From an uncultured Bacteroidales bacterium (lineage in GTDB: Bacteria > Bacteroidota > Bacteroidia > Bacteroidales > WCHB1-69): a stretch of 64,000 nucleotides of DNA. Within the stretch, counting starts at the first letter, position 1; the number at the start of each line of letters is the position of its first letter. Positions 26,406 to 36,478 of this stretch are shown piece after piece. The position numbers and the translations under genes were made by a program. The notes beneath the pieces were generated by a model. That model made no database searches. It was not told the DNA's origin and saw only the letters and a program-made list of their open reading frames with translations. The stretch is taken from the NCBI GenBank assembly GCA_947167635.1, contig CAMVIT010000001.1:3796-67795 (forward strand), read 5' to 3'.

Positions 26406-27377
26406 CTATGAAAGAAATGTCTTTTCCACCTCTTCCCACACTTCGTCAGGCAGTTTGGCACCGATATATTCTATCAGTCTTCCAGACAAAAACGACGCCA
26501 ACTTGCCGGCCTGGGCGGGTGTGTAGCCATTCATCAGACCGTAGAGAATGCCGGAGGCGTAAATGTCGCCCGCGCCGGTGCTGTCCACCGCCTTGGCCGG
26601 GATGACGCCCACCTTGGTGATTTCGCCATCCTTTTTGATGAAAGAACCCTCCTTGCCCACCTTGACGATGGAAATCGGGCAGTATTCGGAAAGGATGTTG
26701 AGTGCATCAATGCCCTCCTTGCCGGTGAAGGCCTTGGCCTCCTCCTCGTTGGCGAAGATGATATCGACGTAGTCGGTCAGCAGCATCTTCACAAAGTCGT
26801 AGTTGGCTTCAATGATGTTGTAGCTGGCCATATCCATAGAAATCTGGAGTCCTTTTTCTTTGGCAATCTGACAGATGCGGAGGATGAGGTCATGGTTGAA
26901 GATGAGGTAGCCCTCCACATGCACGCAGTCGTAGCCATCGAACACGGCGGGGTCGATCTCGTCGGGTGTCATGGTGGCGGCGGCGCCAAGATAGGTGGCA
27001 AAGGTGCGCTCGGCATCGTCAGTGATGAAGGTGGTGGCGATGCCCGTGTCGATGTCGGAGTCGATGAGGTGCGGGGTAACTCCGAAGCGGCGCATGTCCT
27101 CGCGGAAGAAGTCGCCCATCTTGTCGTGGCCCACCTTGCCGATGTATCCGGTAGGCGCGCCCAAACGGGCAAGACCGTGGATGGTGTTGGAGGTGGAGCC
27201 GCCAGTGGCACACACCTGCGGCATCTGCTCAATGTTCTTGTGCAGCTCGCGCTTTCGCTCTGCGTCAATCATCACCATGCCGCCCTTGTCCAAACCCAAA
27301 TCAGCCAGAACTTTGTCCTCGTCGATGTTGACTAACACGTCAACCAATGCATTGCCAATGCCTAATATCTTTTTCAT
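26406..27377 (-). CDS. PfkB-family carbohydrate/nucleoside kinase (adenosine-kinase-like)
   Basis: 323 aa with an N-terminal GIGNALVD, a C-terminal DSTGAGDIYASG (the PfkB signature) and an overall ribokinase-like layout. Confidence 0.75.
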   Translation of the reverse strand: MKKILGIGNALVDVLVNIDEDKVLADLGLDKGGMVMIDAERKRELHKNIEQMPQVCATGGSTSNTIHGLARLGAPTGYIGKVGHDKMGDFFREDMRRFGVTPHLIDSDIDTGIATTFITDDAERTFATYLGAAATMTPDEIDPAVFDGYDCVHVEGYLIFNHDLILRICQIAKEKGLQISMDMASYNIIEANYDFVKMLLTDYVDIIFANEEEAKAFTGKEGIDALNILSEYCPISIVKVGKEGSFIKKDGEITKVGVIPAKAVDSTGAGDIYASGILYGLMNGYTPAQAGKLASFLSGRLIEYIGAKLPDEVWEEVEKTFLS

Positions 27378-27380
27378 ATA

Positions 27381-27572
27381 CTATTTGTTATCTTGAGAAT
27401 CTTGTTGTTTTCGCTTTTTTTCCAAGATGGCGTAACTGATCCAGTATCCGAGTGTCACGGCCAGTGTCACGCCCATCATGATGGGAAATCGTTCCTTGAG
27501 GTCCGTCGCCAGAAAGGTGAACGGGATCAAGAAGGCGGCCAAGATGATGAAAAATCGCAGGACGGCTTTCAT
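27381..27572 (-). CDS. Small two-TM membrane protein, unknown function
   Basis: 63 aa with two hydrophobic helices and a basic tail. It is wedged between valS (3-nt gap) and the kinase gene (3-nt gap), so it is probably co-translated. Confidence 0.45.
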   Translation of the reverse strand: MKAVLRFFIILAAFLIPFTFLATDLKERFPIMMGVTLAVTLGYWISYAILEKKRKQQDSQDNK

Positions 27573-27575
27573 GTT

Positions 27576-30212
27576 TTATTGCAGTTTTGAAAGTTGTTCT
27601 TTGAGAATGCGGATTTTCTCTTCCGCATCGGACTGTTTTTTGCGCTCGATATCCACCACCTTCTGCGGGGCGTTGTTCACGAAACTCTCGTTGGAGAGTT
27701 TTTTCAGGACGCTCTGGAGGAACTTCTCGGCATATTCGAGGTCGGCTTTCAGCTTCTTGATCTCCTCTTCGGCATCCACAAGGCCTTCGAGGGGTACGGC
27801 GTACTTGACGTTCTTCTCGATGAAGGAGGTGCCCTCCGTCGGGGCGTCGGCTGCCATATAGGTGACGCTCTCCACGTTGGCGAGCTTCATGATGACGGCG
27901 TCGAGTTGGCTGGTGGAAACGGAACTGTCAGCGTGGACGTGCAGTTTGAGTGCGTTCTTGGGGGCGATATTCTTTTCGGAGCGGATGTGCCGAACCTGTT
28001 CCACAACGCTGCGCGTGCGGGCGAAGTCGTCGAGCAGCTTCTGGTTCATCTTGCCCTCGTGGCGCGGCATGGGCGTGAGCATCAGCGATTCTTCCTCGCC
28101 GCGCTCGCGGATGGCGTGCCACAGCTCTTCGGTGATGAACGGCACGAATGGATGCAGAATGCCCATCAGGATTTCATACAAATCGATGATTTGGTTGTAA
28201 GTTTTGCCATCGATGGGCTGGTGGAGCGGAGGTTTGACGATTTCAAGGAAGCAAGAGCAGAAGTCGTCCCACACCAACTTGTAAACCGACATCAGGGCTT
28301 CGGAGAGGCGGTAGCGCTTGAAATCCTCCTCCATGCCGGCGAGCACCTCCTGGATGCGTTCATGCATCCATTCGATGGCGACCGCGCTATGGGCGGGCTG
28401 CTGGCCCTGCTCGTCCACCTGCCATCCTTTGACGAGGCGGAAGGCGTTCCACATCTTGTTGCTGAAGTTGCGTCCTTGCTCGCAAAGGGCTTCGTCGAAG
28501 AGGAGGTCGTTGCCAGCCGGGGAGCTGAGCAACATGCCGAAACGCACTCCGTCGGCGCCATATTTTTCCATGAGCATGATGGGGTCAGGGGAGTTACCGA
28601 GCGACTTGGACATCTTGCGGTGGAGCTTGTCGCGCACGGTGCCCGTGAAATAGACGTCCTTGAACGGAATGGCGCCGCGCCACTCCAGTCCGGCCATAAT
28701 CATGCGGGCGACCCAGAAGAAGATGATGTCGGGTGCCGTGATCAGGGCGGAAGTGGGATAATAGTAGTTGATGTCGGGGTTGTCGGGTTTGCGGATGCCG
28801 TCGAACACAGAGAGCGGCCACAGCCAAGAGGAGAACCAGGTGTCCATCACATCCTCGTCCTGCTTGAGGTCCTCTTTTGTGAGGTTGAGGTCGGGGAACT
28901 TGGCGTGGGCGAGCTGCAGGGCCTCGTCGAGGTCGTGTGCCACGACAAATTCGTGGTTGGGCAGGTAATATGCCGGGATGCGGTGGCCCCACCAGAGTTG
29001 GCGGCTGATGCACCAGTCCTTGACATTCTCCATCCAGTGGGCGTAGGTGTTTTTGAACTTGTCGGGGTAGAACTTGATGTCGCCGTTCATGACCGCGTCG
29101 AGTGCGGGCTTGGCCAGTTCGCCCATCTTGCAGAACCATTGCATGGAGAGCTTCGGTTCGATAACCTCGTTGGTGCGCTCGGAATAGCCGACTTTGTTGA
29201 CGTAATCTTCGATTTTGACAAGGTTGCCGGACTCTTCGAGCATAGGGATGATGGCCTTGCGTGCGGCGAAACGGTCCATGCCGACAAGGAACAGGGCGCT
29301 CTCGTTGAGAGTACCGTTGTCGTTGAAGATATTGATAGTCTCCAGATGATGCTTGATGCCGAGGTTGTAGTCGTTGATGTCGTGCGCGGGAGTGATTTTG
29401 AGGGCGCCGGTGCCGAATTCTCGTTCCACATACTCGTCGTAGATGAGGGGGATGGAGCGGTTGACAAGGGGCACGATGGCGCGTTTGCCCTTGTACTTGG
29501 CGTAGCGCTCGTCGTCGGGGTGCATACAGATGGCCGTGTCGCCGAGGATGGTCTCAGGGCGCGTGGTGGCGATGGTGATAAACTCGCCCGGCTCGCCCTC
29601 GATGGCGTAACGCACATAATAGAGCTTGGAATGCAGTTCCTTGTAGATCACCTCCTCGTCGGAGACGGCGGTGAGGGCCTTGGGGTCCCAGTTGACCATG
29701 CGCACGCCGCGATAGATCTTGCCTTTGCGGTAGAGGTCGATGAAAATGTCGATGACCGCTTCGGAGAGGTCGGGGTCCATGGTGAACTTGGTGCGTTCCC
29801 AGTCGCAGGAGGCGCCGAGTTTGCGCAGTTGCTGGAGGATGATGCCGCCGTGTTTCTCTTTCCACTGCCAGGCATATTCGAGGAATTGCTCGCGGGTCAG
29901 GGATTTCTTGTCGATGCCCTGTTCTTTCAGGAAGTTGACCACCTTGGCCTCGGTGGCGATGGAGGCATGGTCGGTGCCGGGCACCCAGACGGCGTTGAAG
30001 CCGAGTTTGCGGGCGCGGCGCACGAGCACGTCCTGGATGGTGTTGTTGAGCATGTGGCCCATGTGGAGCACGCCTGTCACGTTGGGGGGCGGGATCACGA
30101 TAGAGTAGGCGGGACGCTCGTCCGGCTCGGAATGAAACATTCGATGGTCGGTCCAATATTTGTACCATTTGTCTTCCACGACGGTGGGATCGTACTTGGT
30201 TGCTAATTCCAT
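27576..30212 (-). CDS. valS: Valine--tRNA ligase
   Basis: 878 aa with [13 protein letters not shown] (HIGH motif), KMSKSLGN (KMSKS motif) and a C-terminal coiled coil. Confidence 0.95.
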   Translation of the reverse strand: MELATKYDPTVVEDKWYKYWTDHRMFHSEPDERPAYSIVIPPPNVTGVLHMGHMLNNTIQDVLVRRARKLGFNAVWVPGTDHASIATEAKVVNFLKEQGIDKKSLTREQFLEYAWQWKEKHGGIILQQLRKLGASCDWERTKFTMDPDLSEAVIDIFIDLYRKGKIYRGVRMVNWDPKALTAVSDEEVIYKELHSKLYYVRYAIEGEPGEFITIATTRPETILGDTAICMHPDDERYAKYKGKRAIVPLVNRSIPLIYDEYVEREFGTGALKITPAHDINDYNLGIKHHLETINIFNDNGTLNESALFLVGMDRFAARKAIIPMLEESGNLVKIEDYVNKVGYSERTNEVIEPKLSMQWFCKMGELAKPALDAVMNGDIKFYPDKFKNTYAHWMENVKDWCISRQLWWGHRIPAYYLPNHEFVVAHDLDEALQLAHAKFPDLNLTKEDLKQDEDVMDTWFSSWLWPLSVFDGIRKPDNPDINYYYPTSALITAPDIIFFWVARMIMAGLEWRGAIPFKDVYFTGTVRDKLHRKMSKSLGNSPDPIMLMEKYGADGVRFGMLLSSPAGNDLLFDEALCEQGRNFSNKMWNAFRLVKGWQVDEQGQQPAHSAVAIEWMHERIQEVLAGMEEDFKRYRLSEALMSVYKLVWDDFCSCFLEIVKPPLHQPIDGKTYNQIIDLYEILMGILHPFVPFITEELWHAIRERGEEESLMLTPMPRHEGKMNQKLLDDFARTRSVVEQVRHIRSEKNIAPKNALKLHVHADSSVSTSQLDAVIMKLANVESVTYMAADAPTEGTSFIEKNVKYAVPLEGLVDAEEEIKKLKADLEYAEKFLQSVLKKLSNESFVNNAPQKVVDIERKKQSDAEEKIRILKEQLSKLQ

Positions 30213-30247
30213 GGGTAGTTGTGATTATAGGTTTTGATATTCGATGT

Positions 30248-31246
30248 TTATGCGTGTAAAATCTTGTAGATCATCTCGATGAGCAGATCTCCCTCTTCGC
30301 TGTTGGTATCGACGCCCTTGGACTTGACGTCGTACTCCCGGAGCACGGCGATGATGTGGGTGAGCTGCGGAATGGTGTAGCTCATGGCATTCCGTGCGTT
30401 TTTCTCCATGATACTGGGGGGCAGATTGCCGAAGATCTGTTTTTGGGTCTCTTTGTCCTTGGCAGGCGACAACTGGTAGCGCAACATCTTGTGAAAGAAA
30501 TTGAAAAGGGTAGTGATGGTTTTGATGTTCGGATTTTCCTTGAGATGTTGTGTGAAGTTGATCGCAATCTTGTAGGTCCGTTGGGTGTTGCGACTCACGA
30601 TGGCATCTTCCAGTTCAAAGATGTTGTACTCCTTGCTTTGAACCACATACTGTTGGATGACATCCTCCGTGATGGTTCCACCCGGAGGGAGCACCGCCTT
30701 GAGTTTTTGCAGCTCGGTGTAGATGCGCGAAAGGTCGTTGCCGATAAAATCGGCCAGTTTGGATGCGGAATAGGGGTCGATGTTGAATTTCTCCCGGGCG
30801 ACACGTTTCTGAATCCAGTCGGCCAACTGATAGTCCTTGACCCCGACGGAGTCGAAGACGACTCCCGACTTCTCGTAGGGTTTGTACTGGTTGGCTTTCA
30901 GCTTTCCGTATTTGTAGCAGATGACGAGGATGGTGGTGGGGGAGGGATTCTGCACATAAGGCAGCAACTTGTCGATGTCCTTGAGGTCTTTGGCTTCCTT
31001 GACGATGACAACGCGTGTGGGGCTGCCGAACGGGAATTGCTTGGCATTCGCGATGACATCTGCGGCGGTGGTGTCCTTGCCGTAGAGCACGGTTTGGTTG
31101 AAATCGCGATCCTGCTCGTCTATGATATGGTTTTCAAAGAACACGCAGATGCGGTCAATGTAGAAAGGTTCTTCGCCCATGAGGAGGTAAACAGGGGCGA
31201 ACTTCTTGTTTGACAAATCTTTGATCAGTTCTTCGTATGAGATCAT
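30248..31246 (-). CDS. holA: DNA polymerase III subunit delta
   Basis: ~332 aa with the FAPVYLLMGEEPFYID start region typical of HolA. Start moved to the ATG at 31246 because the track start (TTG at 31270) lies inside the -7 box. Confidence 0.75.
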   Translation of the reverse strand: MISYEELIKDLSNKKFAPVYLLMGEEPFYIDRICVFFENHIIDEQDRDFNQTVLYGKDTTAADVIANAKQFPFGSPTRVVIVKEAKDLKDIDKLLPYVQNPSPTTILVICYKYGKLKANQYKPYEKSGVVFDSVGVKDYQLADWIQKRVAREKFNIDPYSASKLADFIGNDLSRIYTELQKLKAVLPPGGTITEDVIQQYVVQSKEYNIFELEDAIVSRNTQRTYKIAINFTQHLKENPNIKTITTLFNFFHKMLRYQLSPAKDKETQKQIFGNLPPSIMEKNARNAMSYTIPQLTHIIAVLREYDVKSKGVDTNSEEGDLLIEMIYKILHA

Positions 31247-31267
31247 AGGGTCATCCTGATTAGGGCG

Positions 31268-31275
31268 CAAAGATA
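31268..31275 (-). promoter_or_regulatory. -7 box (TATCTTTG) for holA
   Basis: Minus-strand TATCTTTGCGCC 22 nt upstream of the ATG at 31246. Confidence 0.45.
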
Positions 31276-31281
31276 CTAAAT

Positions 31282-31312
31282 AAAAAGAAAACCGCCCCTG
31301 GGCAGGAGCGGT
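31282..31312 (-). terminator. Rho-independent terminator after rplU-rpmA
   Basis: The minus strand reads ACCGCTCCT-GCCC-AGGGGCGGT (9-bp stem including one G-U pair) followed by TTTCTTTTT. Confidence 0.65.
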
Positions 31313-31359
31313 AATCTTAAATCAAACATTATGAACAAAAAAATCACTCGTGTCCACTC

Positions 31360-31620
31360 TTATTCCTGGGCAGGAACAACAGACACAAATGATTTGTCTT
31401 TATAGGTTTTCCTGAAGTTGACGATGCCATCGCAGAGTGCATAGAGGGTATGGTCTTTGCCCATACCGACGTTCATTCCGGGATTGTGCACGGTACCTCT
31501 TTGGCGAACGATGATGTTGCCTGCCTTGGCGAACTGTCCACCGAAGATCTTCAGACCTAATCTTTTGCTATGTGATTCACGGCCGTTCTGAGAACTACCG
31601 ACACCTTTTTTGTGTGCCAT
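31360..31620 (-). CDS. rpmA: 50S ribosomal protein L27
   Basis: [22 protein letters not shown]... is the canonical L27 N-terminus. 86 aa. Confidence 0.95.
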   Translation of the reverse strand: MAHKKGVGSSQNGRESHSKRLGLKIFGGQFAKAGNIIVRQRGTVHNPGMNVGMGKDHTLYALCDGIVNFRKTYKDKSFVSVVPAQE

Positions 31621-31659
31621 ATCTTCTTTTTGTTTTTATTCGTTAATTAATACTTCGAC

Positions 31660-31971
31660 TTACAAGGAAATCCCATCAATCTTGATGGCGGTCAGACACT
31701 GACGGTGGCCATTGAGTTTCTGGTATCCTTTTCTTCTTTTTTTCTTGAAAACAAGAACTTTGTCACCCTTGAGGTGTTTGAGGACGGTAGCGGTCACGGC
31801 AGCACCGTTTACGGTCGGGGTGCCCACTTTTACATCACCGTCGTTGTCAACTAACAAAACGCGATCAAAGCTGACCTGCGCTCCTTCTTCAGCCTGAAGG
31901 CGTTGAACATAGACTCTGCGGTCTTTTTCAATCTTGAATTGTTGCCCGGCTATCTCTACGATTGCGTACAT
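31660..31971 (-). CDS. rplU: 50S ribosomal protein L21
   Basis: [17 protein letters not shown]... is the canonical L21 N-terminus. 103 aa, immediately upstream of rpmA. Confidence 0.95.
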   Translation of the reverse strand: MYAIVEIAGQQFKIEKDRRVYVQRLQAEEGAQVSFDRVLLVDNDGDVKVGTPTVNGAAVTATVLKHLKGDKVLVFKKKRRKGYQKLNGHRQCLTAIKIDGISL

Positions 31972-32009
31972 TGTGAATATTGTTTTTTTGTTATTATTTT
32001 TTGAGGCGG

Positions 32010-32017
32010 CAAAAATA
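32010..32017 (-). promoter_or_regulatory. -7 box (TATTTTTG) for rplU-rpmA
   Basis: Minus-strand GTATTTTTGCCGCCTCA. The same 17-mer occurs upstream of rho at 54352-54368. Confidence 0.5.
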
Positions 32018-32106
32018 CAAAATTTCTGATATATTCATTTTTTTTCTGCAATTTTTTTTCAACATTTACGTTTATGTATCGATTTTACTCAAAAACACCT
32101 ATCAAA

Positions 32107-33225
32107 ATGAAAATCAAAAGAACATTTAGAACATTAGCAATCAGTGTGTTAGCTATCGTTTGCACGGTCGGATGCACCCATGCGCAATCCGGCCATGGAA
32201 GCACGTCCAAGTATGTGGATTTGACAGAGGCGGCAGAGCGTTCGGTCAATTCCGTGGTGTATATTAAGACAGAATTCACGCAAAAGACGCCGGAATGGGA
32301 TGATTTTTTCGGGGGCACGATATGGGAGCATTTCTTCGGGATGGCGCCGAGTGCCTATCCTGTGCAGGCGGCCGGTTCCGGGGTCATCGTCTCCTCTGAC
32401 GGCTACATCATCACCAACAACCACGTGGTGGCCGATGCTGTGAAGACTACCATCACATTGAACGACAAGCGCGAATATAACGGCACGATCATCGGCACGG
32501 ACCCCAGCGCCGATTTGGCCCTCATCAAAATCGATGCCAAAAATCTTCCATACGTGGAATTTGCCAACTCCGACTCTGTGAAGCTTGGCGAGTGGGTGTT
32601 GGCTGTGGGCAACCCTATGAACCTCACCTCTACGGTCACCGCCGGCATCATCAGTGCCAAGGCGCGCCAATTGGAACTTGGCAGCAAAGGCGCCACGGAG
32701 GAGAGCTACCTGCAGACCGATGCCGCTGTCAATTCAGGCAACTCTGGCGGTGCGCTGGTCAACGCCTCCGGGAAGCTTGTCGGCATCAACACCGCCATCG
32801 CCTCCGGCAACGGATACTATACAGGCTACTCCTTTGCCATTCCTTCCAACATTGTCAAGAAAATCTATTTCGACTTCAAGGAATACGGCAAGGTGCAAAA
32901 AGCATACCTTGGTGTCTCCATCATGGAGCTGAATGCCTCCTTGGCTGAGGAATATGGCCTTGAAGATGTGCGCGGTGTCTATGTGGCTGACGTTGACGAA
33001 AACGGCGCCGCCGCCAAGAACGATTTTCAGGAAGGTGATGTCATCATCAGCATCGACGAGCATCCCGTCAACAGCCTGGCTGAGGTACGCGGCGTGCTCA
33101 AGACCAAATCGCCCGGCGACAAAGTCAAGGTGAGCATTATACGAAATAAAGAAAAATATAACAAGAATGTAACTTTATTAAACAATAAAGGTACAACCGA
33201 TTTGTTGCGCAAGGATAATGATTAA
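32107..33225 (+). CDS. HtrA/DegP-like S1C serine protease with a PDZ domain
   Basis: TNNHVV (His), DLALIKI (Asp) and GNSGGALV (Ser) catalytic blocks followed by a PDZ-like C-terminus. Start at the ATG at 32107 (MKIKRTF...). Confidence 0.85.
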   Translation: MKIKRTFRTLAISVLAIVCTVGCTHAQSGHGSTSKYVDLTEAAERSVNSVVYIKTEFTQKTPEWDDFFGGTIWEHFFGMAPSAYPVQAAGSGVIVSSDGYIITNNHVVADAVKTTITLNDKREYNGTIIGTDPSADLALIKIDAKNLPYVEFANSDSVKLGEWVLAVGNPMNLTSTVTAGIISAKARQLELGSKGATEESYLQTDAAVNSGNSGGALVNASGKLVGINTAIASGNGYYTGYSFAIPSNIVKKIYFDFKEYGKVQKAYLGVSIMELNASLAEEYGLEDVRGVYVADVDENGAAAKNDFQEGDVIISIDEHPVNSLAEVRGVLKTKSPGDKVKVSIIRNKEKYNKNVTLLNNKGTTDLLRKDND

Positions 33226-33276
33226 TAACGACTAACAAATACGTTTTTTATTGATTGAAATATACAATATAATATA

Positions 33277-34137
33277 ATGAGACAATTAAAGATTTCCAAG
33301 TCCATCACCAACCGTGACTCCGCTTCCTTGGATCGTTATTTGGCTGATATCGGCAAAGAGCAGATGATCAGTGCCGAGGAAGAGGTGGAATTGGCACGTA
33401 GAATCAAGGCTGGTGATGAAGAAGCCCTCAACAAGCTCACTACCACAAATTTGCGTTTTGTGGTCTCTGTTGCGAAACAGTACCAAAACCAGGGCATCAG
33501 CCTGCAGGACCTCATCAACGAGGGCAATGTCGGGCTCATAAAGGCCGCCAAGCGTTTCGATGAGACGCGCGGTTTCAAGTTCATCTCATACGCGGTATGG
33601 TGGATTCGCCAATCCATCCTGCAGGCCATCGCCGACCAGTCGCGCATTGTCCGTCTGCCTTTGAACCAGGTGGGCGTCATCAATAAAATCAAGAAGGAGA
33701 CTGCCCGTTTGGAGCAGCAGCTCAAGCGTATTCCCACTACGGAAGAGATTGCCGAGGCCATCGACCTGCCCGTCTATAAGGTTTCGGAAATCATGAAGAT
33801 GAACAACCATCCCCAATCCATTGATTCCCCCATCTCCCCGAACGAGGAGACCCGCTTTGTCGATATTTTCGTCCACGACAATGACGAAGATACGGACACC
33901 ATTTTGATGCAGGAGTCTCTTGCCTCTGAAATCCATGATGTGCTCAGCACTCTGCCCGACAAGGAGCGTGAGGTGCTGATGCTCTTCTACGGCATCAATG
34001 CCTCGCATGAGCACACGCTGGACGAGATCGGGGACATCTTGGATCTTTCGCGCGAGCGCGTCCGTCAAATCAAGGAGCGTGCCTTGAAGCGCCTTCGTCA
34101 AAATAGCAAGAACAAGAATCTCAAAAGTTACCTGTAA
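33277..34137 (+). CDS. rpoD: Primary RNA polymerase sigma factor (Bacteroidota short RpoD)
   Basis: 286 aa with region 2 (NLRFVVSVAKQY...GLIKAAKRFD...FISYAVWWIRQ) and region 4 (LDEIGDILDLSRERVRQIKERAL). Confidence 0.9.
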   Translation: MRQLKISKSITNRDSASLDRYLADIGKEQMISAEEEVELARRIKAGDEEALNKLTTTNLRFVVSVAKQYQNQGISLQDLINEGNVGLIKAAKRFDETRGFKFISYAVWWIRQSILQAIADQSRIVRLPLNQVGVINKIKKETARLEQQLKRIPTTEEIAEAIDLPVYKVSEIMKMNNHPQSIDSPISPNEETRFVDIFVHDNDEDTDTILMQESLASEIHDVLSTLPDKEREVLMLFYGINASHEHTLDEIGDILDLSRERVRQIKERALKRLRQNSKNKNLKSYL

Positions 34138-34153
34138 CCGCTACCACAAGCTC

Positions 34154-34756
34154 ATGACATTCAAAGTTCGTGGCCTTTGCGCGCTTTTATGCTTCTGCGC
34201 CGCTCTGCTGCCGGCCTCCTGCCTGCATCGGGACGAGGTGCTCGCGCCGAGACCAGTGGGCTATTTCCGTATCGATCTGCCCGACCACGAGTACCAACAG
34301 AGCGACTCCACCCTGCCGTTCTCGTTCCAGCAATCCAAACATGCCGTGTCCGACATCCGTTGGCAAAAAGACGGGTCGTGCTGGATGGATCTCTCCTATC
34401 CTGAGCTCAACGCCACTTTCAAGTTCACATGGTTCCCTTTGGCAAACGCTGACAGTCTGCGCAATTTCATAATCCGCGAGGAAGGGATGATGAAATTCCA
34501 CTATCAGAAAGCCGATGATGTGGAGTATTCCATGATCCGCGACCAAGAGGCCCCATTGTGGGGACAGATTTACGACATCAAGGGCAAGGAGGTGGCCACG
34601 CCGCTGCAATTCTGGATGACCGACAGCGCGCACCAATTCCTGCGCGCCACCTTGTATTTCAACTTCACGCCCAATAACGACTCGTTGCAGCCTGTCATCG
34701 AGTATTTGCGCGAAGACGCCATGCAGCTTGTCAACACCTTATCTTGGAAAAAATGA
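34154..34756 (+). CDS. gldD: Gliding-motility/T9SS-associated lipoprotein GldD
   Basis: 200 aa lipoprotein. PVGYFRIDLP near the N-terminus and a C-terminal FWMTDSAHQFLRATLYFNFTPNNDSLQPVIEYL...TLSWK pattern that I recall from GldD. Confidence 0.65.
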   Translation: MTFKVRGLCALLCFCAALLPASCLHRDEVLAPRPVGYFRIDLPDHEYQQSDSTLPFSFQQSKHAVSDIRWQKDGSCWMDLSYPELNATFKFTWFPLANADSLRNFIIREEGMMKFHYQKADDVEYSMIRDQEAPLWGQIYDIKGKEVATPLQFWMTDSAHQFLRATLYFNFTPNNDSLQPVIEYLREDAMQLVNTLSWKK

Positions 34757-36027
34757 AACGCTCGTTCCTGCTTCTCTCGCTGACCATGCTCTTTTGGGCC
34801 TCATCCGCTCAAGACACCCTGCGCATGATGCAGTACAACCTTATGTACTATACGGAAAATTCGGGGGTGTCGGACTGCAATGCCGCCACCAACAACCTCA
34901 ATCAGAAGGATGCGAATCTCAGGACTATATTCCATTATGTCGCCCCTGATGTGTTTTGTGTCAATGAAATAGGCAGTTCGGTGGCCTATGCCGACCGTAT
35001 CTTGACGAATGTCATCAACGTGGACGGCATCGATTACTACCGCCACGGGCCGCTCACCAACTACTCGGGCGGCTATATCGCCAACATGATTTTCTATGAT
35101 TCCCGGAAGCTGACGTTGCACAGCCATACATACGTCACGACTTCGTATCGCGACATCACGGGGTACAAGATGTATTATAACTCGCCGGACTTGGCTTCAG
35201 GCGACACGGTGTTCATGACCTTTTGGATTGCCCATCTGAAGGCGGGCAGCTCCGAAGATAACGCCAATGCCCGTTTTGTGCAGACGCAACGGCTTATGAA
35301 CCGCATCTCCGCCTCCGGCAATCCGGACAATTATGTGCTCTCGGGAGATTTCAATGTGTACGGTTCAGACGAGCTTTGCTATCAGGAGCTGGTCAACTAC
35401 TCCAACAGCCTCTATCGTTTCTACGACCCGATTGACCGCGCCGGACACTGGAACAACAACGGGCAGTTTTCCGACATTCACACCCAGTCCACCCATACCC
35501 AGTCCGACGGTTGTTTCTCCACGGGTGGTTTGGATGACCGTTTCGACATCATCCTTGTGTCGCCGTATGTCTATTATGGCAGTGCCGGCGTTCGCGTGCT
35601 GCCGGAGACCTACCATGCCTTGGGGCAGGATGGGCGGCGCTTCAACGGGACCATCCTGTCGCCCGCCAACGAACTCATCCCGAACAACGTGGCCCAGGCA
35701 CTCTACAACCAGTCCGACCATCTGCCGGTCATCACCGACTTCGCCATTGACGCCACCGTGGGGGTGGCCGACCGCGCGACGGACTTTCAGTTCCGGGTGG
35801 TCAACCCCATCCGCGAACGGTTAGACATCTATTTCCATGGTGTGCAATCAGACCTCTATACATTCGAAATATTCTCTGTCGATGGCAGGTCGTTGGCCCG
35901 TTTCCAAGAGCGTTTGGCTGACGGAGGACAACGCTTGAGTTGGCCTTTTCCCTATAAACAGGGTGTTTATCTTTTACAAATATCTGATTCAAAACAACAA
36001 CATCAAATTTACAAATTGGTAAAATAA
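34753..36027 (+). CDS. Endonuclease/exonuclease/phosphatase-family protein with a T9SS C-terminal sorting domain
   Basis: Signal peptide, an EEP C-terminal motif SDHLPVITDF, and a last ~80 aa (LDIYFHG...YTFEIFSVDGRSL...GVYLLQI...YKLVK) matching the T9SS type-A CTD. The ATG at 34753 overlaps the gldD stop (ATGA). Confidence 0.75.
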   Translation: MKRSFLLLSLTMLFWASSAQDTLRMMQYNLMYYTENSGVSDCNAATNNLNQKDANLRTIFHYVAPDVFCVNEIGSSVAYADRILTNVINVDGIDYYRHGPLTNYSGGYIANMIFYDSRKLTLHSHTYVTTSYRDITGYKMYYNSPDLASGDTVFMTFWIAHLKAGSSEDNANARFVQTQRLMNRISASGNPDNYVLSGDFNVYGSDELCYQELVNYSNSLYRFYDPIDRAGHWNNNGQFSDIHTQSTHTQSDGCFSTGGLDDRFDIILVSPYVYYGSAGVRVLPETYHALGQDGRRFNGTILSPANELIPNNVAQALYNQSDHLPVITDFAIDATVGVADRATDFQFRVVNPIRERLDIYFHGVQSDLYTFEIFSVDGRSLARFQERLADGGQRLSWPFPYKQGVYLLQISDSKQQHQIYKLVK

Positions 36028-36052
36028 GACACTTTTATTAGGGAAAAAAGTT

Positions 36053-36060
36053 TATCTTTG
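36053..36060 (+). promoter_or_regulatory. -7 box (TATCTTTG) for the dksA-like/lspA unit
   Basis: TATCTTTGCCGC 31 nt upstream of the ATG at 36091. Confidence 0.45.
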
Positions 36061-36090
36061 CCGCACAATTTTAACCTTAAACCTATAAAA

Positions 36091-36477
36091 ATGGCAACAC
36101 CAATTATCAACCGCTATTCTGATGAAGAATTAGAGGAGTTCAGAGTTCTTATCGAAAACAAGATCGCTGACGCGAAAAAAGCAATGGAAGTCTATCAGGA
36201 AGCCTATAGTGGCGTTGGCAACGACACCACGGACACAGCTCCCACGTTCAAGAACATGGAAGAGGGCAACCAGGTGCTTTCCAAAGAAGAAAACAGCCGG
36301 CTGGCAGGCCGTCTGGACAAATACATCGCAAACCTCGAGGCAGCCTTGGTGCGCATCGAGAACAAAACATACGGCGTGGACCGCATGACGGGCAAACTCA
36401 TTCCCAAGGAACGTCTCAGAATCGTTCCCCATGCTACCCTCGACGTGGATTCAAAGATCAGAGAAAAACAGAAATAG
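36091..36477 (+). CDS. DksA/TraR-family-like regulator (Bacteroidota type, without the Cys4 zinc finger)
   Basis: 128 aa with a coiled-coil N-terminus and VRIENKTYGVDRMTGKLIPKERLRIVPHATL, resembling the family C-terminus. It sits upstream of lspA, as in other Bacteroidota. Confidence 0.6.
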   Translation: MATPIINRYSDEELEEFRVLIENKIADAKKAMEVYQEAYSGVGNDTTDTAPTFKNMEEGNQVLSKEENSRLAGRLDKYIANLEAALVRIENKTYGVDRMTGKLIPKERLRIVPHATLDVDSKIREKQK

Positions 36478-36478
36478 T

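Noticed and set aside
27594-30206. An 870-aa plus-strand ORF exactly antisense to valS. Similar long antisense ORFs occur at 37195-39369 (724 aa, opposite the S46 peptidase), 10188-13346 (517 and 533 aa, opposite the giant T9SS protein), 5557-6735, 7915-9246, 52428-53609 (opposite rho), 3030-4094 and 19819-20943.
   Set aside because: Each one mirrors a strongly supported gene on the other strand. Their translations are monotonous V/G/H/D/L/E/A-rich strings with no recognisable motifs. None has a -7 box or a sensible start context. Open antisense frames of this kind are what codon usage that avoids TTA, CTA and TCA in the sense frame would produce. I treat them as artefacts.
36091-36477. A DksA/TraR-like protein lacking the four zinc-finger cysteines, considered as a degenerate or novel regulator.
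   Set aside because: As I recall, the Bacteroidota members of this family located upstream of lspA generally lack the Cys4 finger and share the same YG..R.TGKLIPKERL..VPHATL C-terminus. This is the normal state for the lineage.
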